Origin: an uncultured Thiotrichaceae bacterium
GTDB lineage: Bacteria > Pseudomonadota > Gammaproteobacteria > SZUA-229
Assembly (NCBI GenBank): GCA_964466455.1
Contig: CAYXNL010000003.1
Location: forward strand, 7,268-71,267
DNA: 64,000 nt
Direction: 5' to 3'
Positions 32,775 to 43,239 of this stretch are shown here, in pieces. Every line of letters starts with the position of its first letter. The stretch's first letter is position 1. The position numbers were made by a program, and so were the translations under genes. The notes under the pieces are model-generated. The model made no database searches, had not been told where the DNA came from, and saw nothing but the letters and a program-made list of their open reading frames with translations.

Positions 32775-34808
32775 ATGACGACCAAACGCCATATACTTGT
32801 TACCAGCGCCCTGCCCTATGCTAACGGCCCGATTCACCTCGGTCATCTGGTGGAATATATTCAGACCGATATCTGGTCACGTTTCCAACGTTTAAGGGGC
32901 AATACCTGTTACTACGTTTGTGCTGACGATGCACATGGTACACCTATCATGCTACGCGCGCGTCAGGATGGCATTAGCCCCGAAGAATTAATTGCTACCA
33001 CGCAACGCGATCATGAAGCGGATTTTGCCGGTTTTCATATCAGCTTTGATAATTATTACAGCACACATTCAGAAGAAAACCGTGAATTTGCCAGCAGTAT
33101 CTACCTGAAGCTACGCGACGGTGGCCATATTGCTATGCGTACAATCAAACAGGCCTATGACCCGCAAGCAAACATGTTTCTGCCCGACCGGTTTATTAAA
33201 GGCAGCTGCCCGAAATGTGGTGCCGAGGATCAATACGGCGATAACTGTGAAGTCTGCGGGGCAACCTATGACTCGACCGAGCTGATAAACCCGACCTCTG
33301 CCGTCAGTGGTGCCACCCCGATTGAAAAAGATTCGGAGCAGTATTTCTTTAAACTGGCTGACTTCACCGATATGTTAAAAAAATGGCTCAACGAGGGCCA
33401 TGTTCAGAGTGAAACCGCCAACAAGCTCAACGAATGGTTTGAAGAAGGCCTGCAGGACTGGGATATCTCCCGTAACGCTCCTTACTGGGGTTTTGAAATC
33501 CCTGATGCACCGAACAAGTATTTTTATGTCTGGATGGATGCGCCGATGGGGTATATGGCGAGTTTTAAAAACCTGTGTGATAACCATGCAATAAATTTTG
33601 ATGATTACTGGGCAGCAGACAGCAAAAATGAACTCTACCATTTCATCGGCAAGGATATTGCCCGCTTCCATACTCTATTCTGGCCAGCCGTATTAGAAGG
33701 GGCTGGCTATCGCAAACCCACGGCTGTTTTTTGCCACGGCTTTCTCACTGTAAACGGGCAGAAAATGTCCAAATCACGTGGTACCTTTATTAAAGCCCGC
33801 ACTTACCTTGATAACCTGAACCCGGAATATTTACGTTATTACTACGCCGCCAAACTCTCTGCCGGGGTCGATGATATCGACCTTAATCTTGATGATTTTA
33901 TGCAGCGGGTAAATGCTGACCTGGTGGGTAAAGTGGTTAACATTGCCAGCCGTTGCGCCGGGTTTATTAAAAAGAAATTTGATAACCAGTTATCCGCACA
34001 ACTAGCCGAACCCGATTTATATAATGAAATGGCAAAAGCCAGCGTACAGATTGCCGCTTTTTTTGAACGACGTGAATTTAATAAGGCAATACGTGAAATT
34101 ATGGCGCAGGCAGATAAAGCTAATGTGTATATTGATAATAAAAAACCCTGGCTATTAATAAAACAGGAAGGTAAAGAAAATGAGGTGCAACAGGTCTGCA
34201 CCCAGGGTATTAATATGTTCCGTCTGCTAATGATCTGGTTAAAACCAGTGCTACCTGTCACGGCAGAAAAATCAGAGGCTTTTTTAAATAGCATTCTTGA
34301 CTGGACAGGCATTGAACAACCATTGTTACAGCACACAATCAATCCATTCAAGCCCCTTGTTACCCGTATTGAAAAAGAGCAGATTAACGCCATGACAGAT
34401 GCTTCCGTAGAAAATATCCCTGCACCGAAAATAGAAAAAACAAAATCAGCAGATATTCCGTTAACAACCGACCCGGTTGCCGATGAAATATCCTTTAATG
34501 ACTTTGCCAAAATTGATTTGCGTATTGCAAAAATTATCACTGCTACTCATGTTGATGGTGCCGATAAATTATTACAGTTAACACTGGATATCGGTGGTGA
34601 AACACGCAATGTGTTTGCCGGAATCAAATCGGCCTATAAGCCGGAGGATCTGGAAGGAAAACTAACAGTTATGGTAGCAAATCTGGCACCAAGAAAAATG
34701 CGTTTTGGTGTTTCCGAGGGAATGGTACTAGCCGCCGGACCGGGAGGAAAAGAGCTGTTTATTCTTCACCCGGATGACGGCGCAGCACCTGGAATGAAAG
34801 TAAAATAG
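32775..34808 (+). CDS. metG: methionyl-tRNA synthetase
   Basis: 677 aa; HIGH ([10 protein letters not shown]), KMSKS, Zn knuckle CPKCG...CEVCG, C-terminal tRNA-binding (EMAP-like) domain. Confidence 0.95.
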   Translation: MTTKRHILVTSALPYANGPIHLGHLVEYIQTDIWSRFQRLRGNTCYYVCADDAHGTPIMLRARQDGISPEELIATTQRDHEADFAGFHISFDNYYSTHSEENREFASSIYLKLRDGGHIAMRTIKQAYDPQANMFLPDRFIKGSCPKCGAEDQYGDNCEVCGATYDSTELINPTSAVSGATPIEKDSEQYFFKLADFTDMLKKWLNEGHVQSETANKLNEWFEEGLQDWDISRNAPYWGFEIPDAPNKYFYVWMDAPMGYMASFKNLCDNHAINFDDYWAADSKNELYHFIGKDIARFHTLFWPAVLEGAGYRKPTAVFCHGFLTVNGQKMSKSRGTFIKARTYLDNLNPEYLRYYYAAKLSAGVDDIDLNLDDFMQRVNADLVGKVVNIASRCAGFIKKKFDNQLSAQLAEPDLYNEMAKASVQIAAFFERREFNKAIREIMAQADKANVYIDNKKPWLLIKQEGKENEVQQVCTQGINMFRLLMIWLKPVLPVTAEKSEAFLNSILDWTGIEQPLLQHTINPFKPLVTRIEKEQINAMTDASVENIPAPKIEKTKSADIPLTTDPVADEISFNDFAKIDLRIAKIITATHVDGADKLLQLTLDIGGETRNVFAGIKSAYKPEDLEGKLTVMVANLAPRKMRFGVSEGMVLAAGPGGKELFILHPDDGAAPGMKVK

Positions 34809-34989
34809 CCTTTACCAGTTTATTCAATCTCCAGGGGGGGGAGCCAAAAAATACAGGGGAAGATAACAGATATAAACGCATTTATTACTCCCCTGATAGT
34901 AATAACCACACCAGTTATCATATAAATTCGGCAGTTCATCCATCAGATGAGGTAACAGGCGGCAAAAATACTCTACACTCATAACTATA

Positions 34990-36318
34990 ATGAATGTATT
35001 AATTCTTGAAAATAGCCGTTTATTCCAGAAAATGCTGTTCGACCTGCTAACCGATCTTGGCTGTACAGCAACCTGTCTGCGCACGGGTGAAGAAGGGTTA
35101 CAACTGCTACAGAAAAAAAAAGAGGGATATTTTAATCTAATTATTGCCTCGCAACATATTTTTGATAGTAGCGGCAGTGATTTTATTAGTTATTGCCGGA
35201 ATTCAGCACAACATATTCCTATTATTTTACTCACCTCTGAACCCAACGATACGCTATTGAAGAATGCACGGTCAGCCGGAGTGCAGGATATTTTCCCAAA
35301 AACCAATCTGACCTACCTGAAATCCAGCATCCGTTATTATATTAAAGGTAAGAACAGCTTCAACTTTGAGGATGGCAAGGTCTTATATGTGGAAGACAGC
35401 CCTTCCGTATCCCTCGTCGTTACCCGTTATCTGCAGAAAATGAAGCTTACGGTGACGCATTTTGAATCCGCCGAAGAAGCTTTTCTCGCCTTTACCAATA
35501 ACGAATACGATCTCGTTATTACCGATGTTATGTTGCGTGATACGATGGATGGTCTGTCTCTGGTCAGAATGATCCGCGCGCAGAATACTCATATTGCCAA
35601 CACCCCTATCCTGGCAATGACCGGTAATGAAGATACCCGGCTAAAAATTAACCTGTTACATGCCGGAATTAATGACTATGTAACCAAACCGCCAATAGAA
35701 GAAGAACTGGCAGCCAGAGTCAACAATCTGATTACTAATAAACGTCTTGCCGATCAGGTACGCAAACAGCAACGATCTCTCTATCAGATTGCGATGACCG
35801 ATCAGCTAACTACCTGTCACAATCGCCACAGCCTGTCTGAATATGCCCCCAGATACATTCGCGATGCACATCGCTATGAATTTCAGCTCTGTGTGATGAT
35901 TCTTGATCTGGATCATTTTAAACGAATCAATGATGAATTTGGTCATGCCGCAGGAGATACCGTTTTACATGAAATCGGTAAGCTACTGATGACAACCTGC
36001 CGTCAGGGTGATGTGGTTGCCCGTATTGGTGGTGAAGAGTTTCTAATTTTGCTACCGCATTGCACCCTGCATGATGCCGGCTGTAAAGCAGAAAAATTAC
36101 GCAGTTTAATTGAATCTTCCCAACCGGAGAATATTCAGGTAACCGCCAGCATTGGTATTGCCCTGCTCAATGAAGCCCATAATAGTAACTTTGAAAAGTT
36201 GTACAAAGCGGCGGATAACGCCGTTTATCTGTCGAAAAAGAATGGTCGTAACCAGGTAACTGTCGATATTAAAAGTACCAGTTCATCGCCTCAGCCAAAA
36301 ATAATTTCTTCACAATAA
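34990..36318 (+). CDS. response regulator with tandem receiver domains and GGDEF diguanylate cyclase domain (PleD-like)
   Basis: 442 aa; REC1 degenerate (LILENS, IIASQ lacks the acceptor Asp), REC2 canonical (YDLVITDVMLRDTMDG), GGDEF active site RIGGEEF and an RxxD-like I-site. Confidence 0.85.
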   Translation: MNVLILENSRLFQKMLFDLLTDLGCTATCLRTGEEGLQLLQKKKEGYFNLIIASQHIFDSSGSDFISYCRNSAQHIPIILLTSEPNDTLLKNARSAGVQDIFPKTNLTYLKSSIRYYIKGKNSFNFEDGKVLYVEDSPSVSLVVTRYLQKMKLTVTHFESAEEAFLAFTNNEYDLVITDVMLRDTMDGLSLVRMIRAQNTHIANTPILAMTGNEDTRLKINLLHAGINDYVTKPPIEEELAARVNNLITNKRLADQVRKQQRSLYQIAMTDQLTTCHNRHSLSEYAPRYIRDAHRYEFQLCVMILDLDHFKRINDEFGHAAGDTVLHEIGKLLMTTCRQGDVVARIGGEEFLILLPHCTLHDAGCKAEKLRSLIESSQPENIQVTASIGIALLNEAHNSNFEKLYKAADNAVYLSKKNGRNQVTVDIKSTSSSPQPKIISSQ

Positions 36319-36402
36319 CTATCTCTTCCTAGATACTATATTTTCTGCCTTTTTTGCGACAAATCAAATCACTCTACGAATCTGATCTGTTAGAATGAGT
36401 GT

Positions 36403-36984
36403 ATGACTGAATACGCACTTATTTTACTTAGTACCATTCTGGTAAACAACTTTGTCCTGGTTAAATTTCTCGGACTTTGCCCCTTTATGGGTGTATCACG
36501 TAAACTGGAAACGGCCATGGGCATGGCAATGGCAACCACTTTCGTATTAACATTGTCTTCCGTGTGCAGCTACCTGGTCGATGCCTATATCCTGTCACCA
36601 CTTGGTCTGCAATATATGCGCACCATTATGTTTATTCTTGTTATTGCTGTGGTCGTACAATTTACCGAAATGGTGGTGCATAAAACCAGCCCTCTGCTCT
36701 ATAACGTACTGGGAATTTTCCTGCCATTGATCACAACAAACTGCATAGTACTGGGCGTAGCTCTGTTGAACGTACAGGAAAAACACGGCTTTATGCAATC
36801 TCTATTCTATGGTTTTGGTGCTGCTGTAGGTTTTTCACTGGTACTGATTCTCTTCGCGGCTATGCGCGAACGGATCCTCGTTGCCAACGTTCCCGAGGCA
36901 TTTCGAGGAACATCTATCGCACTGATTACCGCGGGTATTATGTCACTTGCATTTATGGGTTTTTCTGGACTTATCAAAATATAA
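36403..36984 (+). CDS. rsxA: ion-translocating oxidoreductase complex subunit A
   Basis: 193 aa polytopic membrane protein; first gene of the rsxABCDGE-nth operon. Confidence 0.9.
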   Translation: MTEYALILLSTILVNNFVLVKFLGLCPFMGVSRKLETAMGMAMATTFVLTLSSVCSYLVDAYILSPLGLQYMRTIMFILVIAVVVQFTEMVVHKTSPLLYNVLGIFLPLITTNCIVLGVALLNVQEKHGFMQSLFYGFGAAVGFSLVLILFAAMRERILVANVPEAFRGTSIALITAGIMSLAFMGFSGLIKI

Positions 36985-36990
36985 GCTCTC

Positions 36991-37551
36991 ATGCTAACTG
37001 TCATTATTACTCTTGCTATTATGGCAGCACTGTTCGGGCTGATTCTGGGCTATTCTGCTATTCGTTTTAAGGTTAAAGGCGATCCACTTGTTGATAAAAT
37101 CGACTCTTTGCTACCCCAGACACAGTGCGGGCAATGTACTTTTGCGGGTTGCCGATCTTATGCACAAGCCATTGCAAAGGGGGAAGTCGATATTAACCAG
37201 TGCCCACCCGGAGGCGGGACAACCATTATCACCCTGGCAAAACTGCTTGATATAGACGTAAAGCCACTCAGTGCAGAGCATGGTGAAGAAAAACAATATC
37301 CGACGGTAGTAACCATCGATGAACAGACCTGTATTGGCTGCACCCTTTGTATTCAGGCCTGTCCGGTAGATGCCATTGTTGGCGCTGCAAAACAGATGCA
37401 TACGGTAATTGAATCGGCGTGTACTGGTTGCAACCTGTGTATTCCACCCTGCCCAGTGGACTGCATTCATATTATTGAAATTAAACCCACGGTACGTAAC
37501 TGGGTTGCCGAGCCACCTGATGTAGACGCTACGACTCCGCATGCACGTTAA
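36991..37551 (+). CDS. rsxB: ion-translocating oxidoreductase complex subunit B (Fe-S)
   Basis: 186 aa; N-terminal TM anchor, CxxCxxC 4Fe-4S motifs ([24 protein letters not shown]). Confidence 0.9.
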   Translation: MLTVIITLAIMAALFGLILGYSAIRFKVKGDPLVDKIDSLLPQTQCGQCTFAGCRSYAQAIAKGEVDINQCPPGGGTTIITLAKLLDIDVKPLSAEHGEEKQYPTVVTIDEQTCIGCTLCIQACPVDAIVGAAKQMHTVIESACTGCNLCIPPCPVDCIHIIEIKPTVRNWVAEPPDVDATTPHAR

Positions 37552-37604
37552 GTATGCCGGACACCCCGGTAAAGTAAAAAATAGGCCGTAACGAATAAAA
37601 AATC

Positions 37605-39173
37605 ATGACAGCAGTAAAGGATCTTTCAAAATTTAATGGCGGACTGGTACTCGATGGGCATAAAGATTTGTCCACTGCACAACCTGTTATGCCGATGGCG
37701 GCTGTGCGTCATTATATTATTCCTTTACAACAACATATTGGAGAAATCAGCAAACCATTGGTTAAGGTAGGAGAACACGTCTTAAAGGGGCAGATGCTGG
37801 CATGTCCCGGTGGCGTAATAAGTGCAAGTATTCATACGCCGGTATCCGGTACGGTGGTTGCCATCGACAATCAGGATATCCCCCATGTTTCCAGTCTGCC
37901 GGATCTATGTATTAGCATTGAAAATGATTTTAAAGAGCAATGGGTTGAAACAAAACCACTGGGTGAAGACTATAACAACACCTCATCACGTGATCTAAGG
38001 CAGCTATTGTGTGATGCTGGTGTCGTCGGCCTGGGTGGTGCCACGTTTCCCGCACATATCAAAGAGACCGAAATGCACATCCACAGCCTTATTCTCAACG
38101 GCGTGGAATGTGAACCGTATATTACCTGCGATGATATGCTGATGCGTGAACATGCCACACAGGTACTGGCTGGTGCAGATATCATCGGGCATATTATCAA
38201 AGCGAGAGAATGCATTATCGCTATTGAAGACAACAAACCCGAAGCCATTAGCGCCATACAGGCAGCTATTGACGAGGATGCAACGGGTTTCTTCCGTTTA
38301 CAGGTTATTCCCACTCTCTATCCCAGTGGTGGCGAAAAACAGTTAATCAAAATCATTACCGGCAAAGAAGTACCGGTCGGACGTCTGCCTGCAGAAATCG
38401 ATATTTTATGTCACAACGTTGCAACCGCCTATGCCGTTTATCAGGCCGTTTTTGAAGCAAGACCGGTAATATCACGAATTATGACTGTTACCGGAGAGGC
38501 TATAAAACAGCCACAGAATATTGAGGTTTTAATTGGTACCCCGGTTGGCGACTGTATTGCTCAGTGTGGCGGTTATACAGAAGATAGTTACGAACTGATT
38601 ATGGGGGGTCCGATGATGGGTTTTACCCTGCAATCCGAGCATATCCCGGTAACCAAAGCCAGTAATTGCGTACTGGTGATGCCTTACGGGGAAATCACCT
38701 CTTCCACACAACACCTGCCCTGTATCCGCTGCGGGAAGTGTGTCGACGTCTGCCCGGTACGTCTGCTACCGCAGCAGATGTACTGGTATGCCAGCAGTAA
38801 AAATATGGAACGGATTCAGGATCACCACTTATTTGACTGTATTGAGTGCGGTTGTTGCGCCTACGTCTGCCCCAGTTCCATTCCACTGGTACAATATTAC
38901 CGTTATGCTAAAACAGAAATTCGTGCGCAGGAGCGCGAACGCACTACTTCGGATATTGCCCGTAAACGCCATGAGGCACATCAACAGAGACTGGAACGAC
39001 AGAAACAGGAACGTGAGGCTCGCCTGCGTAAAAAACGTGAAATGCTAAAAGATAAAAACGAAGGAGGAGATAACCATAAACAGGCCGTTATTGCCAACGC
39101 GGTTGCCCGTGCCAAAAACAAACAGGTGCAGCGAAAAAACACGGAAAAGAATAAAGTAGAGGAAACACAATAA
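37605..39173 (+). CDS. rsxC: ion-translocating oxidoreductase complex subunit C
   Basis: 522 aa; NADH/FMN-binding domain, 2x[4Fe-4S] (CIRCGKCVDVCP, CIECGCCAYVCP), Lys/Glu-rich C-terminal tail. Confidence 0.9.
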   Translation: MTAVKDLSKFNGGLVLDGHKDLSTAQPVMPMAAVRHYIIPLQQHIGEISKPLVKVGEHVLKGQMLACPGGVISASIHTPVSGTVVAIDNQDIPHVSSLPDLCISIENDFKEQWVETKPLGEDYNNTSSRDLRQLLCDAGVVGLGGATFPAHIKETEMHIHSLILNGVECEPYITCDDMLMREHATQVLAGADIIGHIIKARECIIAIEDNKPEAISAIQAAIDEDATGFFRLQVIPTLYPSGGEKQLIKIITGKEVPVGRLPAEIDILCHNVATAYAVYQAVFEARPVISRIMTVTGEAIKQPQNIEVLIGTPVGDCIAQCGGYTEDSYELIMGGPMMGFTLQSEHIPVTKASNCVLVMPYGEITSSTQHLPCIRCGKCVDVCPVRLLPQQMYWYASSKNMERIQDHHLFDCIECGCCAYVCPSSIPLVQYYRYAKTEIRAQERERTTSDIARKRHEAHQQRLERQKQEREARLRKKREMLKDKNEGGDNHKQAVIANAVARAKNKQVQRKNTEKNKVEETQ

Positions 39174-39247
39174 AATGCTGTCGCTAGCAAACGCTTCTAT
39201 AAACCCTTCAATTTCAGCTAAGGAAGCTCTGAATAAGTCTATTTAAC

Positions 39248-40294
39248 ATGTTATTTAACAAAACCCCATCACCGCATATTAAAACTAACATCAATGTTCA
39301 GACAATGATGTTTCAGGTTATTTACGCACTCATCCCCGGTGCACTTGCCTCCATATACTTTTTTGGCTGGGGGGTACTTTTTAATCTGATTACTGCCATT
39401 ACTGTTTGCCTTGGCAGTGAAGCTCTGATGTTGAGATTCCGCAACTATAATATCCGCAGTCATCTTGGCGATGGTAGTGCTTTAGTCACCGCCTGCCTGC
39501 TGGCATTGGCACTGCCACCACTGGCACCCTGGTGGCTCACCACCATTGCTTCGTTATTCGCTATCGTGGTTGCCAAGCATCTATATGGTGGACTTGGTTT
39601 CAACCCGTTTAACCCTGCCATGGTCGGATACATTGTGGTGATGATATCCTTCCCGCTGCAAATGACATTATGGACTGCACCAATGGGTGTTGGCGCTGGC
39701 TGGCCTGATTTTGTCACTACCTTCCACTGGGTATTTGGCGGTATTATTCCGCCTGGTCACACACTTGATTCATTGTCTATGGCTACACCCATTGACGTTA
39801 TTAAGACGCAACTGAATCAATTCCATTATATTGCTGAAACGCGTAACAGTAGTGAATACAAAGCGATATTCGGTACCCTGAGTGGTATCGGCTGGGAATG
39901 GATAAATGCCCTCTATCTGGCTGGAGGAATCTGGCTGATTAAAAAGAAGGTTGTAGACTGGCGCATTCCCACTGCGTTCTTACTTGCACTGGCCTTCCTC
40001 GCTAATTTATTTGCCGTTATCGACTTTTCCAGCCATGCTTCTGCTCTGTTTCATCTATTCAGTGGCGGAACAATGTTAGCTGCTTTTTTTATTGCCAGCG
40101 ATCCGATTACTGCCAGCACAACACCAAAAGGTCGATGGATCTACGGGCTTGGCATCGGCACTCTGGTCTTTGTTATACGCAGTTGGGGCGGTTATCCCGA
40201 TGGTATTGCCTTTGCCGTTGTACTAATGAATATAGCCGCACCCATTATCGACTACTACACCATGCCAAAAGTCTATGGCGACCCAGATCGCTAA
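39248..40294 (+). CDS. rsxD: ion-translocating oxidoreductase complex subunit D
   Basis: 348 aa membrane protein; covalent-FMN Thr motif region (SDPITASTT). Confidence 0.9.
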   Translation: MLFNKTPSPHIKTNINVQTMMFQVIYALIPGALASIYFFGWGVLFNLITAITVCLGSEALMLRFRNYNIRSHLGDGSALVTACLLALALPPLAPWWLTTIASLFAIVVAKHLYGGLGFNPFNPAMVGYIVVMISFPLQMTLWTAPMGVGAGWPDFVTTFHWVFGGIIPPGHTLDSLSMATPIDVIKTQLNQFHYIAETRNSSEYKAIFGTLSGIGWEWINALYLAGGIWLIKKKVVDWRIPTAFLLALAFLANLFAVIDFSSHASALFHLFSGGTMLAAFFIASDPITASTTPKGRWIYGLGIGTLVFVIRSWGGYPDGIAFAVVLMNIAAPIIDYYTMPKVYGDPDR

Positions 40295-40334
40295 CCGCCT
40301 GATCGCTAACTATTAGAAACAATGATTACAAACT

Positions 40335-40991
40335 ATGAAACTACTCAAGGAAAACCCGAAAAAAATTATTAATACTGCCCTGATATTAATGACTTTCGCC
40401 GCAGTCGGCGCAGCCATGGTAGGGTTCACGCATAGCAAAACAAAAAATGCTATCCTTTACAATGAGAAACTGACCCTGCTGCGCAAACTCAACACTATTA
40501 TTCCGGCACAGCAATATGATAACAAACTGCTTGAAGATACGATAAAAATACCTGCCGATACTTTACTCGGCACCAGTAAGCCGGAAACCGTTTACCGCGC
40601 ACGCAAACAGGGAAAACCCGTTGCCGTCGTAATACCGGCAATTGCCTCTAATGGTTATAATGGCTCGATAGAAATGCTGGTTGGTATTTATCATAATGGG
40701 ATAATTGCCGGTGTACGCATCGTCAGCCAGCATGAAACCCCGGGGCTGGGGGATCAGGTTGACAGCGCCCATTCCAACTGGATTAAAGGCTTCACCGGAA
40801 AAAGCCTGAAACAGCCGGATGAAAGACACTGGAAAGTGAAACGTGATGGGGGTGCCTTCGATCAGTTTACCGGAGCCACTATTAGCCCACGCGCAGTGGT
40901 TAAAGCGGTTCATGCGGCCCTGCTCTATTACAGCAAACACAAAGATAAATTATTTGCCGGAAAAACCCACACCCAGGAGAGCACAAAATGA
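40335..40991 (+). CDS. rsxG: ion-translocating oxidoreductase complex subunit G
   Basis: 218 aa; N-terminal anchor and FMN-binding domain ([10 protein letters not shown]). Confidence 0.9.
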   Translation: MKLLKENPKKIINTALILMTFAAVGAAMVGFTHSKTKNAILYNEKLTLLRKLNTIIPAQQYDNKLLEDTIKIPADTLLGTSKPETVYRARKQGKPVAVVIPAIASNGYNGSIEMLVGIYHNGIIAGVRIVSQHETPGLGDQVDSAHSNWIKGFTGKSLKQPDERHWKVKRDGGAFDQFTGATISPRAVVKAVHAALLYYSKHKDKLFAGKTHTQESTK

Positions 40992-41698
40992 AACATCTCT
41001 CTTTTGAAAAACAGGCAGAAATTATACGTAACGGCCTGTGGAACAATAATATGTCACTGGTACAGCTACTCGGTCTGTGTCCGTTATTAGCTGTTTCAAG
41101 TACCGTTGTTAATGGCCTCGGTCTGGGTTTTGCTACTCTGCTTACACTGGTGCTGTCCAATAGCAGCATATCTCTGATTCGCCCCTGGTTAAAATCAGAG
41201 ATTCGTATTCCAATTTTTGTACTAATTATCGCCTCCATCGTCACCTGTATTGAACTAATCATGAACGCCTGGTGGCATGAACTTTATCTGGTACTGGGTA
41301 TCTTTATTCCACTGATTGTTACCAACTGCGCCATTATCGGTCGTGCCGAAGCCTTTGCTTCAAAGAATAATGTGCTGAATTCTGCTCTGGATGGCTTTAT
41401 GACAGGATTAGGCTTTACTCTGGTTCTGGTGGTACTCGGTGGTATGCGTGAACTAATTGGTCAGGGTACGCTGTTTGCCAATGCTCAGTTAATGTTTGGG
41501 CAATACGGCAAGGCACTCACCTTAACCGTCATCCCTCACTATCCGGGGTTTTTGCTAGCCATATTGCCACCCGGTGCCTTTATCGGACTCGGGCTGCTAA
41601 TTGCACTGAAAAACATCATCGACAAACGCCAGGCCCAACGCAAAGCGGCTCGCATAAAACTCACCACTACAACCGAAGCAGCAGTGCAATGTAGGTAA
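40988..41698 (+). CDS. rsxE: ion-translocating oxidoreductase complex subunit E
   Basis: 236 aa RnfA-paralog membrane protein; ATGA overlap with rsxG. Confidence 0.9.
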   Translation: MKHLSFEKQAEIIRNGLWNNNMSLVQLLGLCPLLAVSSTVVNGLGLGFATLLTLVLSNSSISLIRPWLKSEIRIPIFVLIIASIVTCIELIMNAWWHELYLVLGIFIPLIVTNCAIIGRAEAFASKNNVLNSALDGFMTGLGFTLVLVVLGGMRELIGQGTLFANAQLMFGQYGKALTLTVIPHYPGFLLAILPPGAFIGLGLLIALKNIIDKRQAQRKAARIKLTTTTEAAVQCR

Positions 41699-41751
41699 AT
41701 ACAGCAAGGTAACCACATAAGGTAGACAGATAACACCGCTGTAAAATATTA

Positions 41752-42387
41752 ATGAACAGACATAAACGCCACGAAATATTTTCACGACTACAGCAGGCAA
41801 ACCCAGAACCCACCACTGAGCTTCATTACCACTCTACCTTCGAATTACTGATAGCCGTGATTCTTTCGGCCCAGGCAACCGATAAAAGTGTCAACAAAGC
41901 CACAGAAAAATTATTTACTGTGGCGAATACCCCGGAAGTTATGGTTGCATTGGGAGAAAACGATTTAAAATCATATATAAAAACGATCGGCCTGTATAAC
42001 ACCAAGGCAAAGAATATTATAAATACCTGCCGACTGCTTATTGAACAACATCACAGCATGGTACCCGATGACCAGAAAGCCCTGGAAGCTCTGCCCGGTG
42101 TTGGTAGAAAAACGGCAAATGTGGTTAGAAATACTGCTTTTAATCACCCGACTATTGCCGTGGATACCCACATTTTCCGCGTCGCCAACCGCAGCAAAAT
42201 CGCAACCGGGAAAAATGTACTGGAGGTTGAAAAGAAATTACTAAAAGTTACCCCAGATGGGTTTTTGCATAACGCCCATCACTGGTTGATTCTACATGGA
42301 CGTTATACCTGTATTGCGCGCAAACCACGTTGCGGCTCATGTATTATTGAAGATTTGTGTGAGTACAGACAGAAAACTGAAATATAA
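41752..42387 (+). CDS. nth: endonuclease III
   Basis: 211 aa; HhH-GPD (LPGVGRKTANVV) and C-terminal 4Fe-4S CxxxxxxCxxC...C; closes the rsx operon as in E. coli. Confidence 0.9.
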   Translation: MNRHKRHEIFSRLQQANPEPTTELHYHSTFELLIAVILSAQATDKSVNKATEKLFTVANTPEVMVALGENDLKSYIKTIGLYNTKAKNIINTCRLLIEQHHSMVPDDQKALEALPGVGRKTANVVRNTAFNHPTIAVDTHIFRVANRSKIATGKNVLEVEKKLLKVTPDGFLHNAHHWLILHGRYTCIARKPRCGSCIIEDLCEYRQKTEI

Positions 42388-42543
42388 TCCGGTCTGCCTT
42401 TTTGACTCAAGAATTACCTTGGGCCTGAGTGTTGACTGAAGTGGACGTATCCTGCACGATAATAAGCTTTACACGGCTCCACTTGACTACACTGCATTTC
42501 GCAACCATAATGCAACCATGCGCAATTGATGGAGACTTTATAT

Positions 42544-42786
42544 ATGCCTGCTTTAACCATAAAGAATATCCCCGATGATCTCTACGATGAGATAAAAAAC
42601 ATTGCAAAACAACACCATAGGAGCATCAATAGCGAGGTTATTGTGTGTCTTAAACGCTCCCTGTTTCCTAAACGAATCAGCCCAGATGAACGACTTAGCA
42701 CGATTCAGGCTATTCGCTCCCAAATTAAACCTAACACCATTACAGCGGAAGATATTGACCAGGCCATAAATGAAGGAAGGCCATGA
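42544..42786 (+). CDS. vapB: ribbon-helix-helix antitoxin (FitA/VapB-like)
   Basis: MPALTIKNIPDDLYDEIKNIAKQHHRSINSEVIVCLKRSL is a typical RHH/Arc-fold N-terminus; GGAG 9 nt upstream of the ATG at 42544 (ORF-track frame begins at a TTG at 42526); 4-nt overlap (ATGA) with the downstream PIN gene. Confidence 0.75.
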   Translation: MPALTIKNIPDDLYDEIKNIAKQHHRSINSEVIVCLKRSLFPKRISPDERLSTIQAIRSQIKPNTITAEDIDQAINEGRP

Positions 42787-43190
42787 TTATCGCTGATACT
42801 AATATTATTTCTTATCTTCTACTCCCGACTTCATATACAGATTCAGTTGAAAGCCTTTATAAAATTGATCCTGACTGGGCTGCTCCCATACTTTGGAAAA
42901 GTGAATTTCGTAACGTCATGGCGCTTTACCTTAGAAAGAAGATTATCCGCCTGGAAAAAGCAATGCAGATTCAAGATACCGCTGAGTCAATTATAATTCA
43001 AAATGAATATGACGTTTCATCATCACAGATACTCACACTCATAGATGAAAGTAACTGCTCATCATACGACTGTGAATTCGTAGCACTCGCGCATCATTTT
43101 GATACAAAATTAGTTACTCAAGATAAAAAAATATTACGCGAATTTCCATCTACTGCCATATCCGTATCAGATTATCTCTCCCAGCTATAA
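42783..43190 (+). CDS. vapC: PIN-domain toxin (VapC/FitB-like)
   Basis: 135 aa; N-terminal MIIADTNII (first conserved PIN acidic residue), additional acidic positions (DES, DCEFVA), size typical of VapC. Confidence 0.75.
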   Translation: MIIADTNIISYLLLPTSYTDSVESLYKIDPDWAAPILWKSEFRNVMALYLRKKIIRLEKAMQIQDTAESIIIQNEYDVSSSQILTLIDESNCSSYDCEFVALAHHFDTKLVTQDKKILREFPSTAISVSDYLSQL

Positions 43191-43239
43191 ACTACCCTGG
43201 ACATACACACAGTGGATAAAAGGCGGGCTGCTGGAAACT

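Noticed and set aside
42388-42525. Possible att site or terminator between nth and the TA module
   Set aside because: No convincing GC-rich stem followed by a T-run and no repeat of this sequence at the other TA flank (43191-43239); insufficient evidence.
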